Positions 42,436 through 55,300 of a DNA stretch of 64,000 nucleotides are shown here, piece after piece. The stretch lies in assembly GCA_003971905.1 (NCBI GenBank), contig RSEE01000025.1:124001-188000 (forward strand), in the 5' to 3' direction. This DNA is from Moniliella sp. 'wahieum' (taxonomy: Eukaryota). The notes below the pieces were generated by a model. That model saw only the letters and a program-made list of their open reading frames with translations. It searched no databases and was not told where the DNA came from. Within the stretch, counting starts at the first letter, position 1; the number at the start of each line of letters is the position of its first letter. A program made the position numbers and the translations under genes.

Positions 42436-45400
42436 TCACCAGTCCAGGTTGGCCCCGTCGCCACACGACGCAATGGGCCGGCGGCCATTGAGCTCTTGGT
42501 CGCTCCCGCGATTGCCCCCATCCGGCCAATGATCTCGATCCCACTACTCTGCCCCCCCCCGCGCGGACCAGCGCATCGCTCTCGTCCCTCGCCCGCCGAA
42601 GCATCCACTTGGTCGTGCTCAGCACCGCGTCCAGCGCGTCGGTGGGCGGAAGCCGCACTTCCACCATCCCATCCTCCGTCGCGCGCACCTCAAACGTCAT
42701 GATGCTGTAGTCAGGGTCCGAGCACGTTCCCCGGTCGCCCTCTTGGCCGGGTGGGGCCGAGGACGCAAGTACATAGTTTCGCTTGTGCATCGGGCACGAG
42801 ACGTACGCCCTTCCCTTGTCGTCTTCGCCCAGTAGACCATCGGCAAGAACGAATGCACGCTTATGCGGGCACATGTTCTGCGCCGCAGCCAGCCCGCGGC
42901 CGGGAATGGACCAAAGGGCCAATTGGACATCGCCATACTTGACCACCACGCTTGTCGGTGTATTTTCTTGTGGGTTGAGCTCCTTCAGCGCCACGAGTGG
43001 ACGCCACTCCCACACAGCCGATGCCAGTACATCCGACCGCCGGAACTTGAGCGGAGAGTCCTCGGGCCAGTCGGCTGGTCGGGCTTGTCCACGCTGCTCA
43101 ATCCACTCGGACGTCTGTTGCGTCGCGGTTGTATTGGCAAATTGGCTAAACTCCTTGCGTCGCTGGGGGTCCCGCACCACCTCAGCCCATTCATCATGGA
43201 ATGTGCCCACAAGGGCGTTCATCTCCTGCTCCAACTCGGTGCAGATACCAAGCTTGTCCTCGACAATGACCTCTTTGAGACTTTGCATACCCTTGGGCAA
43301 GTTTCGACCCAGCGTGCTGTACGTTGCAGCTTGTCTGCACTCCGAATATAGTAAACTTGTTGGGGGTAAGTACATCACTCATCTCACCAAGCACGGGGGG
43401 GACTTGTACGACGTACTGATGAAGCGGTCGACGATTTTGACGGCCATGTGTCGTGTGACGTTCTCTGCGATCAGATCAGCGTGCCGCGGCTTGGCACCGC
43501 CATTGCCACCAAGGTAAATGTTCCACCCCTTGGGGGTTGCAATCAGGCCAAAGTCTTTTGACTGGGCTTCAGCACACTCGCGGACACAGCCACTCACTGC
43601 GTGGGTCGTTAGCTTAGCTCCCCTTCACATGAAACCGAGAAGACGTACCTCCACCCTTGAGTTTGTGAGGAGCACGAATGGACTTGTACCGCTCCTCCAA
43701 CTCCACAGCCAGACCAACAGAGTCGCCCACTCCATAGCGGCACCAGGTAGAACCCACACAACTCTTCACTGTTCGCAACGACTTTCCATAAGCATGGCCC
43801 GTCTCAAATCCTCCCTGGATCAGCTCCTCCCAGATTTGCGGCAAGTCCTGCTTCTTGGCCCCGAACAATCAACCCGTTGCCCGCCGGTAATCTTGGTGTA
43901 GAGTCCATATTTCTTTGCCACCTCCCCAGTACGATAAGCTTGGCTGGCGTGATCTCTCCTGCTGACACGCGAGGCACGACCGAGTAGGTACCGTCGCGCT
44001 GGATGTTACCGAGGTAGCGATCGTTGGTATCTTGAGTCTGTCGAACCGCAGGCAACATGATGAAAGGGTTGTAAAGACTGCTGATGATCGACCCACCGCC
44101 GGGCGGCACACTTCACACCCAAGACTCGTCGGGTTTTTGCCCACAGCATGCATCACTGCTGTAAAGTCTTGCAGGCGACGGAACTTGATAATGGTGAAAA
44201 GCTCTTGCCGCGTGTAGGCAAAATGAGGGCAGAGATTGTTCGACACCTCCTCTCCGGCAGCCTTGAGTGCTGCATTGAAGATGGACGTGGCTAATGGCAC
44301 ACACCCGCCGCACCCAGTGCCACTTTGGTCGACGCCTTGAGCTCCCCAATGCTCCGGCAGCCCTTGCCCACTGCTGCAACAATCGCGCCCTTGGTAACGT
44401 TGTGGCACGAGCAGACTTGATCATCGTCGGCCAAGTCGTCCCCTTCGCTCTCCCTCTTTCTTGGCACCCACCATAAGCTGGGAAGGGGGGATTTCGAGCG
44501 GCTTAAGCTTGGAGCTGATCCCTTGTAACTTGACATAATCGCCCACGTCGCCCACCATCATACCGCCTACAAGGTACTTGCCATCAGCGGTGAAGATGTA
44601 CTTTTTGTACACATCCCCAAACGGGTCACGATACGTCAACGCCTTCACCTCGGGAGCAGAAGTTTGCTTTCCCCTCCCGCTCCAGACGGGTAGAGGCGGG
44701 AAAACTTTCCTTGGTCGGCAAAGTAGTCTCCAAAAGAAGCCACATCAACACCCATTAGTTTGAGCTTGGTGCTGACATCGGGGGTAGTCATGGAACGCAT
44801 CGAATGCGATGGACCCTCGGTAAGGTTGAACGCAAGTACATCAGCCATGGCCACGCCCGGTGCAATCAGCCCCCATGTCTCGCCATTCCACGAAGCGCAT
44901 TCTCCCACCGCATACACATCTGGCGCCGAAGTTTGAAGTTGAGCATTGACAGCCACTCCCCCGCGTTCGGCCACTTGCAGTCCCGACTGCCGCGCCAGCT
45001 CGTCTCGCGGCTTGATGCCCACAGCAAAAACGATCATGTCCAAAGCATAGTCCGTTCCATCCTCCAATTCGATCGAGGTGAGCTTGTCCTTGCCCGACGC
45101 GTGTGGGGTGAACACCAGTCCACGCACACGAGCTTGCAGCAGTACTTCCACCCCCAATTCGCGTACCTTGGACAGCACGATATTGCCCCCCTCTTGGTCG
45201 AGCTGGCGGCTCAATGGCCAGCGATTGCGCTCCACAAGCACCACCTGTTCAACCTCCTCTAGGTCCAGAAGTGCCTTGGCTGCCTCGAGTCCGAGCAAGC
45301 CACCGCCCACGACAGCGGCACGCTTGACAGGTGCGTGAGTTTGTGCGTACCCCAACATGTTGTTCAAATCAGCAATGTTGCGATAGACAAACGCCCCCTG

Positions 45401-45837
45401 AGTCGCCATGAGCCGCTGCTGGGTGATGTAGGGGGGCAAGGCCGCGTCGGATCCGGTCGCCAAAACACAAACATCGTATGGCTCCGTGCGGCCATCAGAA
45501 GTGTGAACCTGGTGGGCCTGCGTGTCGATAAGGGTAGCCTTGACGCCACTGTGGTACCGCAGTTTGCCCTCGGCGTGCGAGTCGTACCATTCGGGCGAGT
45601 TGAGCAGGAGAGCGTCGACAGAACGGTTGCTGAAGTAGCCAGTTAGACCCACGCGGTTGTACGCCAGGTACGGCTCTTCTCCCACAATCACAACCTCCCA
45701 TCATCTCGCCCACCTTCGAGGTCGTACTTGAGCAGCTTCTCAGTGAAGGCGATGCCCACCATTCCGAGTCCCACCACACGAGGCGGCGCGGACGGAGAAG
45801 GGTCGCTGTACACGACTTGGGTGGGAACAGGCGCCAT
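42436..45837 (-). CDS. niiA: Assimilatory NAD(P)H nitrite reductase (NirB-like + Rieske NirD-like fusion)
   Basis: VGLGMVG, PYLAYNRVGL, GGGLLGLEAAK, BFD motifs VCSCHNVTKG/GTGCGGC and CPHF..GCEVC, sirohaem region LRTVKSCVGSTWCRYG..SGCVRECAEA, Rieske NMCPHKRAFVL..VSCPMHKRNY, C-terminal CGDGANLDW*. Introns ~43647..43597 and ~43416..43356. Confidence 0.97.
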
Positions 45838-48466
45838 CGCTTGGGGGTGTACAGTTGGTGGAGGAGGGGGAAGATTGAGAAACTGGGGTCAAAGTACTGA
45901 AAAGGGGGCAGGTGGTGGGTTATGGGAGAAATAAACCGCGTGTGTTAGTAATTCGAGCTAACACTTGGACGGAGATATGGAACGATCATCGGCCACACCA
46001 AGTAGGAGCCCGAGAAAGTGCTGTGCCTACTGGCCAGCAGTTGACACAGGGGATACGCCCATTTGGATGATATCAGTGTGGTGGCTACTCTTGCACCAGC
46101 GACAAGGGGGCGTTCGCTTGATGTAACCTGCGTTTCAATAAGGCCGAGGGAACACTGAGCGCAGGATTCGGTGACAGGTCTGGTTGGCGCTGCCGGTGGA
46201 ATTTGAGATGTGAGATGTGAGATGTGAGAGCAGAGATGCCTGTATCGAGCTGCGACTGACGCTGACAGTGCGGTTCCTGTGGAGTTCAGGACGTGTAGGG
46301 CGCTGGCTCTCAGATCTCGGGAGATAAACGATAAACGCGCCACCGCTGATGGACCAAGGCAATCAATCATTAATCAAGCTTCAAGCTTCAAGTAACCAGT
46401 CAGTCTGTCACACAATCGCGTGCCGAATTTAAAACCAGTGACAATGTGACGTGTGACATGTGACGGGCACCCGCCGGCCGCATCAAAGGAAAATGGTCAC
46501 GATTAGAAATGGTGCCCTCTGTAGTAGCGCAGGGGCGGAGTGCCTGAGTACTGAGTACTGGCAGGTACTGGCAGGGTCCGTTTATTTGCCGTTCTGTCTC
46601 GAAGTACGGTGGGGTTTTTGGGCTGCATTGGTCAGCAGCTTCAGGCCTCAGATCCTCAGACCCTCAGACCGCCTCACAAGCCGCACTTCGCTCACTGGGT
46701 GGGGCCAAACGTTGTGGGTTGTGCAACGTAGCTATGCAGCAGGCAGTATGGGGATCGGCGCCTTGGCACTGGTAGAGCGTAGCCGCCGGAACCATTTCGA
46801 GTCTTATTCTCGGTATGGCGAGGCCCAAATAAACTCGACAACTCTCTACCATGCGAGCGTGCGATTTTGCAACCCCGCCCTCCGGTCCCACAGTGTTGTG
46901 GCGGACGAAGCATTGATGTCTTGCTTATCGCGCACAGGAGAGTGTCAAAGGAAGCGATCATTGTGCACATTATGGAAGTTGATTAATGATTGAGACTGCG
47001 TATCTCACAAGCTCGCGCCGTGTATATGCCTTTTCAGAGGCACGCAGGGCAGAGACGCGTGGTCTCCTCTTTTGGCAATCTGTGGCTTCAAGAAACGAGC
47101 CCCTTTCCACGACGGAGATGTTGTTGGACCGAAGCTCCCTGACCTTGCTCAGATGTCGTTTTGGACGTTTATAGGACTGCGACTGTGTGGATTTTAGGGG
47201 GCTGAGAGATTGTGGCAGCAAACGAAGAAGACTTCCGGGGGTTCTGAGCTCTCTCGTCCCTCGCCTTTGTTGTGGAATGGCCCTGTCGATTATAATGACG
47301 TCACGATGCCTCCGCGGCCACATCTTTTGTGTCTCTACCATGGCAGTTTCTATAATGCCATGATGGCTTCGCAAGCTTCAAAATCTTGAGGCTTACCTGT
47401 AAACGCCACTCATCTCAAACCTATATTGATCGTTCGTTTTTCTATCTCCTCGTTACCGATTATACCGTGTACTCCCTTATACACCCCACCTGCCCCCACC
47501 AAACGCAGCAAAGCCCTTTTTGGATGGGTGCTGTGGTGTTTCGATTAGATTAGATGCTGAGATGTAATGCAAATGAAAAGGTACTTCTTTTGTGTTGTTC
47601 GTAATGGTTGCCCAAAACAAATGAGGCAGGGTCTGGCAAGGCACCGGCAAGGCAGAGCAAAACCCAGATTATCGATTGGCCTTCGGCCTGAGCCTGACCA
47701 TTGCCCGACACCTACGGAGAACGTGCCTTTTTGCAAACAACGCAATAGAGACGGGGGTGGGCGGCAGAGTCTGAGACGGCACAGTCACGCATACATCATC
47801 GACCACCAATCATTAATCACCGGTCACCGACAGATGTCACATGTGTCACGCTAGTCAGGTCACGGGTCGCTCGTGGATATCGATTAAGGAACGGAGCTCG
47901 GCATTATTTGGGCAGGGGCAGGCAGTGAACGCTGAGCGGCACATGTTTCGCACACGCTTATCGAGCGGGCGCACACCACACTGTGTCTTCCTCCAGTGCC
48001 GGAATGGAGCTTTTTGATAGCCCGATAACGCGTCACATCGTCACAGCGTAATAATCCGGCGTGCAGGGCTTCTCTGCCAACGGGCCTCCTGCCTCAACAC
48101 AAACGCCCTCACGCACCAGTTTCATCAGTTACCCTTTGCAACTCCAACCAACAGATCGATGCGCTCCATCGCCAAGAGCAGCTCCGCTGTGGCCATATAA
48201 CTTTTGCCGCTGCGCCCCACCTATCTCTCCAACGCTTGGAGCGGTGAAAACCACACGCTTTCACCGACCAAAGCAAAGGTCATCCGATCAAGCTTCAAGA
48301 TCGCTGTATACGCAGTGTGGCTGTACTAATATCTTACACTGCCTACTGTCGGTGCCAGCACTACAGATTGCACAGTCCATCTCCGTGCGCCTCAAGTACC
48401 GCCCATCACTTGCTCTTCTCATTCTCCCTCGTCGACTCCTCTGCTTTCCGTCCTACCACCCCACTC
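45838..48466. promoter_or_regulatory. Bidirectional nir/nrt promoter with GATA (AreA/Nit2-type) sites
   Basis: TGATATCA 46068; paired GATAAA 46323/46330; CTTATC 46924 and 47957; paired TGATAG/CGATAA 48015/48023; one CTCCGCGG (NirA consensus CTCCGHGG) at 47310. Confidence 0.55.
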
Positions 48467-50161
48467 ATGGCTGCTCCATCCGAGCCCAGCGCGCCCATGG
48501 ATCCCATCATTTCTCCTGGGCGCAGCTACACAACGATGATTACCGCACCGAGGACGAGAAGGCTATTGCGCGTGGCGAGTACAAACCAAAGCTTTCTGTC
48601 TCGGCCCTTTGGAAGAAACCCGAGGTAAATCCACTTAACCACAAGGCCTACTCCATTCCCCTCCTCCGCTTTTGGGATACATATGCTATCGCCTTTTGGT
48701 TCGCCACTGTACGTTCTTTTCTCCCCCCCGCTCTCCCTCTGTCCATCTCCATATATCCCTTTTCCTCTCTTCCGTTTATTCAAAACTGTTGCAAGTATAC
48801 TGAAGGTAGCTGCAGCTCGGATTTTTCGTTGCGTTCCTTTCTTGGTTCGCGTTTTCGCCTCTCACTCCCGAGACTATCAAAGCGGATCTGCATTTGACTG
48901 CAGAGCAGATCTCTGACAGCAACATTGTCGGGTTAGCGGCGACACTGGTGGTGCGCATCATTGTCGGCCCGATGGTGGATCACTTTGGTCCGCGCAAAGT
49001 CATGGCTGGTCTTCTCGTCATTGGCGCTATTCCGTCAGGCTTGGTTCCATTGGTCAATAATGCGGGTTCGTTGTACACCCTTCGGTTCTTTGGGGATTCT
49101 GGGGGGAACGTTTGTTCCCTGCCAGGCCTGGATGACGGCATTTGTCGATACATCGATTGTAGGGCGGGCCAGCGCTCTCTCAGGGGGCTGGGGCAACGCG
49201 GGAGGAGGCGTGACGTTCATTACCCAGACAGCAATCTTCCAAAGATTGGTTAAGGACGGCCTCAAGGCTCACCTTGCTTGGCGGATTGCTTTGTCATTCT
49301 TCCTGTCCCACTCCTACTTCTGACTGCACTAGGGATGATGCTCTTCGCCAAGGACCATCCTTTAGGAAAATGGAGCATGCGCCACTCCACCCCCGCAGCA
49401 GCCAAGACGATCATTGTCACTCCCGACCAAAACCATGCTGACGATCCCGTTGAAGAAAAGAAGACTCCGCTCGATATGGAAAAGCATTCAACCGAGCTCA
49501 ATCACTTTGTCAACCCCGTGAGTGTGGCTGTCAATGAACCCTTTTCCCTCAACGTTCTTGGCGCTGTGTTGATGGACCCCCGCACCTGGCTCTTAGCCTT
49601 GTCTTACGGCTCTACGTTTGGGTTCGAATTGGCAGTCGACTCGGGTTTGGCCAACAGTCTTTATGCTCTGTACAAAGGCCCACATTTTAAGCAGCTTGAT
49701 GCCGGTTACCTCGCCTGCACCTATGGCCTGCTCAACATCTGTTTCCGCTTCATTGGGGGACTTTCCAGCGACCTACTCTATCGCCGCTTCGGCGTGCAAT
49801 CCAAAAAATGGTTGCTACTGATGTGCGCCACGGTGCAGGGGCTCATGTCCCTCGGCCTTGGGTTGTTGATGGACTACGGTGACCACAGCAAAGGAAACGT
49901 TATGGGCCTTGTGGTTCTCTGTGCCTTGTTTGGCTTCATGGCCAATGGAGCCAACTACTCTCTTGTCCCGCATATTTCCTCCAGGTCCAACGGCCTTATG
50001 TCCGGCATGGTCGGCGCTGTGGGTAACGCAGGAGGCATTGTTTACACCCTCATCTGGCGCTTTCAAACCAAGACCGTCGGGAGGCCCTTTTGGATCTCGG
50101 GATCGTTTGCGCCGGGCTCAACCTTCTGCTCATGCTCATTCCGCTTGGCGATGCTTCATGA
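48467..50161 (+). CDS. nrt2: High-affinity nitrate/nitrite transporter (NNP family, NRT2/CrnA)
   Basis: [28 protein letters not shown], conserved Arg helices VVRIIVGP and CFRFIGG, nitrate-signature GGWGNAGGG and [27 protein letters not shown]. Intron beginning 48709. Confidence 0.96.
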
Positions 50162-51189
50162 TGCATATGATCTGCGCCATTGTTGGGCTGCCCCAGCTCT
50201 TGCTTCTAGTGTACAATTCCTTTCTTCTAAAGTTGGTCCAACATACAGATACTTCCTGAATATATTCCGATGATCCAGAATATACCACACAGTGTACTAC
50301 ATTTCTTGACCACGTGTCGAGAAAGCGCCCGAGAGAGAACGCAAACACTTTGGCAACTACAGATCTATCGTCTTGTATACTAGCTTTCTTATTGATCTCT
50401 GGAGAGTGAGACGCGGAAGAAGAACACAAATGCGACAGCTGAGCCGCATTCATGTAGTGGCAACTCGTAAGTAAACAGTAAGCGATGCATTCCACTAGGA
50501 TTGAATCGAGCATATCACGCCGGGTGTACGAGAGATGAAGAGGGAAGAGGTGTTATGGGGAAAAAGGGAACTTGATCAATGCTGATGTACTCAACGGATT
50601 CAATACCGTAGCCTCTCCGTAGCCGAAAAGACTGCATGCGAGAGGTCGTGCCCAGCCCCCAAAGACAGAGAACGGAAGAAGAGTCCCCCAGACACCTACC
50701 GAGCCGCTGCCTGTCTTTCCCTACCTGTAAGTGGGCCTGGGGCGTCACGTCGAATGACGGTAAATATATGCCGGTATAGAGGGTACTATAGGCTGACTGT
50801 GTAATGAACTGACTGCATATTACTATGCAGCAGCTGTGGATTCACCGCATCACCCCTCGCCGCGATGTATATGGCAGCCTTTCTGTTGAGAGATTTACAA
50901 CGACGGTAACCCCAACGGCTTAAGGACTGGCGGGTGCCAACGGTGGGGATCTCTGTTGGCCAACCTGAACGTATACGATTGAATCGGGGAGGGCTGCTGG
51001 GGCGGGCACGACGGTGGAATTGGAGGTTGGCCGGCGGTAGCTATTTTATTGCGCCCAGGAGCTAGGGTTAGAATCCGAACCCGGCTTGGGGGCAGTCTTG
51101 CCTGGGTTGGTCTGAGCCAGCTGACCGGCTTGCTCGCTACGCCGGACCAGCCTCGTTCCGTCCGCACATCCGCCAATACTGACTCCAAG

Positions 51190-51750
51190 AGTAAGTTGCT
51201 ACTGGACGGGAAAGGGGCAGCAGGAGGGCAGCAGGAGAGGCGTCAGGAAAGGGGAGGAGAGGGGGTGTGAGGAGAAGCGCTCCTTTTCGCCTGCCTGTTT
51301 TCTCGCACAGGGAAGCGGGCGACGCACTTGCTCGAACCCCGGCCGCGTGCGCAGTACTGGCACGGGAACTGGACTAACATGCCATGGACAGTGACGACCA
51401 AGCGCCGTAACGGGGGCCGCAACAAGCATGGCCGTGGGCACGTAAACTTTGTCCGGTGCTCGAACTGCTCGCGTGCCGTGCCGAAGGACAAGGCGATCAA
51501 GCGCTTCACTGTGCGCAATGTGGTCGAGGCCGCGGCGGTGCGGGACATGAGTGAGGCCTCGGTGTACGCCGAGTACACCCTGCCCAAACTCTACAACAAG
51601 GTGCACTACTGCGTCTCGTGCGCGATCCATTCCAAGACGGTGCGTGTGCGCTCCCGTGTGGACCGCCGCAACCGTGCCCCGCCGGTCCGCGTGCGCTTCA
51701 ACAAGGACGGCAAGAAGGTTAACCCGGCCGTTGCCCGTGCCTCGGCGTAA
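51190..51750 (+). CDS. RPS26: 40S ribosomal protein S26 (eS26); start codon split by intron 51191..51391
   Basis: (M)[48 protein letters not shown]. Donor A|GTAAGT at 51190/51191, branch GACTAAC, acceptor CAG|TG at 51391/51392. Confidence 0.97.
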
Positions 51751-52311
51751 ACGAATGCGGGAATCGAATGGGGTCCTTTTCATCCCCGATATGCTGGGGT
51801 TTGACCCCTTGATTGAGAGGAAGGTGTGCGTGGTTCCTCCTCTGGTCGTCTAGCGACTGCTAAAAATGAGCAAAATCCGTCGTGGGCCGCTATGCCCCCC
51901 CATGTGACATCGTCGATACTAGCCCATGTGGCCCTCATCGATACTATGCTCCACGCGGCCTGGTCTATACAATAGTGGCAAGCTCGGCAGCGTGCTAGGG
52001 CGCAAGCGGGATGGGAAGGAGGACAGTCTCTAGACGGAGTTGTGCTACTTGGCTACGTAGTTCCCATTATAATCCATGCCGTTGGTACCGAAACTACATC
52101 TTGGGAGCGAACGTATGGCACGATGCTCTCTTAGGTAGCGCACAAGTCAGGACAAAACCGGCATGGATAGGAGCCAGAAGGGAGGGTACGGAAAAGACAG
52201 AAAACATGACACCGAAAGAAAGAATGGGTGTGGGGGCAGGGGAAGAGGAAGGTGTGTAGGAGGGGGGGGGTCGGGGAGTAGTTGTTCACAGGGACTCCGG
52301 CGCGAGCGGGA

Positions 52312-55300
52312 TCAAAAGTTCTTACAAATGGTGCAATGGTACGTGAGCCAATGCGGGAACGTGACAGGTACAGCAATGAGCGCCACAAAGCCCGCGTAGC
52401 ACGCTAGGAACAAGATGCCGTACCGCAGCACGATAGACCGACGTTGTTTCCGTTGGCGGAGGGAAAAGATGGGCTTGTTCATCTGCCGGCCAGGACGGAG
52501 CCAGAAGAGCATCATGGAGTGCAACCGGTCAATAAAGGGAACCAGCATCGGCACGGCCAAAGCAAAGAGCAGGACATGGCACCTGTCGGAAATATCTGTT
52601 AGTGGCACGACAGAATGGGGGCTAACGAAAAGGACGTACAAGATGAAGTCGGCCGAGAAGAAACAACTCATCTCAATGATCTTGACCACAAACTCACGCA
52701 ACGGCTGGGAGAAGGCATGGGCCCCCAGCCCACGCCCATACCACCTCCCCGTCCACCACGCGCGATTCGTCTCATCGTGCTTCATTTCACGAGAGAGAAC
52801 AAGGGCAATGAGGACTTTGAAGATAGCGCGCTGGATCGCAATCACCGCAATCAATCCCAGCAGCGCATGCGACGGGCTCCACAGCTCAATCACCCATAGG
52901 AACTCAAAGGCAGCAATCATGCCCAGCACAGCAATGCTATGGGCGATGGTGGCCATGATCGAACCAAACCGACCGCAACAGTTGCTTAGCGCCGTACCAA
53001 AGAAGATGGAGATGACAAAGGAGATGAGCAGAACCCCTGCGTTGAGAGCAATCGGGCCGAGGGAGATAATGGCAATCCGGACGATCGCACCTGAAGGCGG
53101 ATCGGTGGGGCGATGGAAGGATTTGACAAACGCATAAGCCACCACAAAGATTACCGCCATCGCGATGGGCGCCAAGCATTCAACAAAGATGATGGTGCGC
53201 CAGCCAGCGCGGGGCACATCACCTGCCAACTTCTCCGAGGGGTGACCAAGACGCTTCTTCTTGTATCCCGTCACCTTGGTCCGACTCAAACGGCAATACC
53301 CGACCCAAGAATTGGCATGCGAGCGCGAGTTGCCGCGGGACATCCAGCGAAGGAACTCACGGTAGTCCACCAGGAAGTCGGAGATGGAGAACTGATGGGG
53401 ATTGAAGATGAAGGGGGCAACGCAGAGCGAAACGCATGTGATCCAGAAGTAGATCAGGTGGTAGAACCAGACGGTGAAGGTGGTGTAGAGCAGGAGCAGG
53501 ACCAGCCGTGTGCCGGAATAGATGGAAGGACCAGCAAACCGACTGAACAGTAACGCAAAGCTTTGACGTGTTGTGGCGAACCCACGGCCGGTGGCAATGT
53601 ACCGCGCACCGCCAAAGGTGAGGTTGGACAAGAGCGAGTTGGCGTAGATCATGGTACTGAATACCTCGAACACCGGGCTGAGAGACAGGATCTGGCGCGC
53701 CAAACGGAAAACGGCGCTGAGGGCACCACGCTCGCACAACTCTTGCATAAACAGCGGCAGGAAGGCAATGGCAAACACGAGGAAGATAGAGATGACCGTT
53801 CGCTTGAGCCAGGAGAAGACCGGGTCAAGATAGTAGCAACCCGAGGTTCCTACAATGTAGTTGTTTTGTGTCGTCTTGCACACCCGCAAGGACGAGTTGA
53901 GCGTTCCGACAAACATGCAGACCAACATGAAGAGTTGGACCGACATGATCACAATCACATTGTTCAGTTGGAAACCAGGGTGGCCATAGTAGAACGTGAG
54001 GAAACGGTCCATAGGCAGTTGCGTGCCCATGTAGTAGTACTCGCGCGACAGGAGCTGCTCGCCCATTCCGTTACCCAGTTTGGTGGTGAAGTTGAGAATG
54101 GTACCGAACCCAAGATCACGGCCCTTACCGCACTGGTAGTACTCGCAATGTTTGATCCGCCCTCCACGGTTGAACGCCATGATACCAGCGTAAATGTCCT
54201 CGTTAAGGTGAAGTCCCTTCTGGGCTTTCGACACACCACCACGTGTCGTCATGAAGATCGTATTGAGGAAATCAGGGTGACCGTAGTGAAGCTTGCCGCC
54301 AATATTGGCCAACCCACGTCCAGTGAGGGTACCGAACGTCTGTTCTTTGCCAGCCGCGTTGTCACCGAGGATACCAATGTTCTCCGAGAACACGTATTCA
54401 CGTGCGCCGACAATTGCAACAGGCGCATGGGCGTGTTCCGAGTGGTTCTTTCCATACGGGTTGGCATGAGAAACATTGAATGCTTCGAACTCACCCAGCA
54501 CTGAGCGAATCTTAAGGCACTCCTCCAGGTAGTTGTCTTGGTTCGCGTCAATCAGCTGAACAAACTCGCCACGGAGGAAGATGATGGCATGGTTCTGGTT
54601 GTCGGATTTACCGTCTCCAAGGATTGGGTTGCCGGGCAACTCAACACGGAACTTAGCGCGACGCTTCCCGTTGGGCAGGATCTCCGAGTGTCCATCAACC
54701 AAAACAGAGAACCAACGAGACTCGCCGCCATCTTTGCGCGGCGCCTCCTCATCCAAGAACGCGATCTGCAAGTCGGGGTAGGCACGGAGAAGGAACTCGG
54801 CGTTTTCGTGCTCTTCCTTGTTGAACTTGGAGTAACGTTGCATTGAGATAACGTATTTGAACTTCCGCCGGCTCATCCGCTCCAGCTCGCGCTCCAGCTT
54901 CTCGGTGTTGCCTCCAAAGAGCTGCACCACTTCAGGGTTCTCGACGCGATACAGAAGCTTAATCGCCTTGGCATAGTTCATAAAGCCCGAGAGCGGTGGG
55001 TAAAGTGTTGGGCACGAAGCGACGCCCAAATACGGGTACGCAGCGTATACTCGGGGTGCAGCACTCTTGAACCCAACGCAGTAGAACGGCAGGTCGTCCG
55101 TCTTGGAGTTCTTACTCGATTTCTCATCCTCGGCGAAGGGGGAGGTAGAATAGCCTTGAGTCTCCTCTGCAAGGATCTTGGTATCTTTGACAAAGTTGTC
55201 CCACTCAATGGGGTGGAGCTGCTTCAGATACTCAAGCAAAGTTACTCGCGTGTTCTGGTCTTCCTCCCGAATGATTTCACGAAGCGAAAGAAGGATCTTT

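Noticed and set aside
47526..47537. 5S rRNA 3' end (GGGTGCTGTGGT)
   Set aside because: The upstream sequence shows no 5S similarity or internal control boxes.
53563..54504. Long antisense ORFs opposite FKS1, GFA1, the FLC-like gene and others
   Set aside because: Expected shadows of GC-rich codon usage; no independent motifs.
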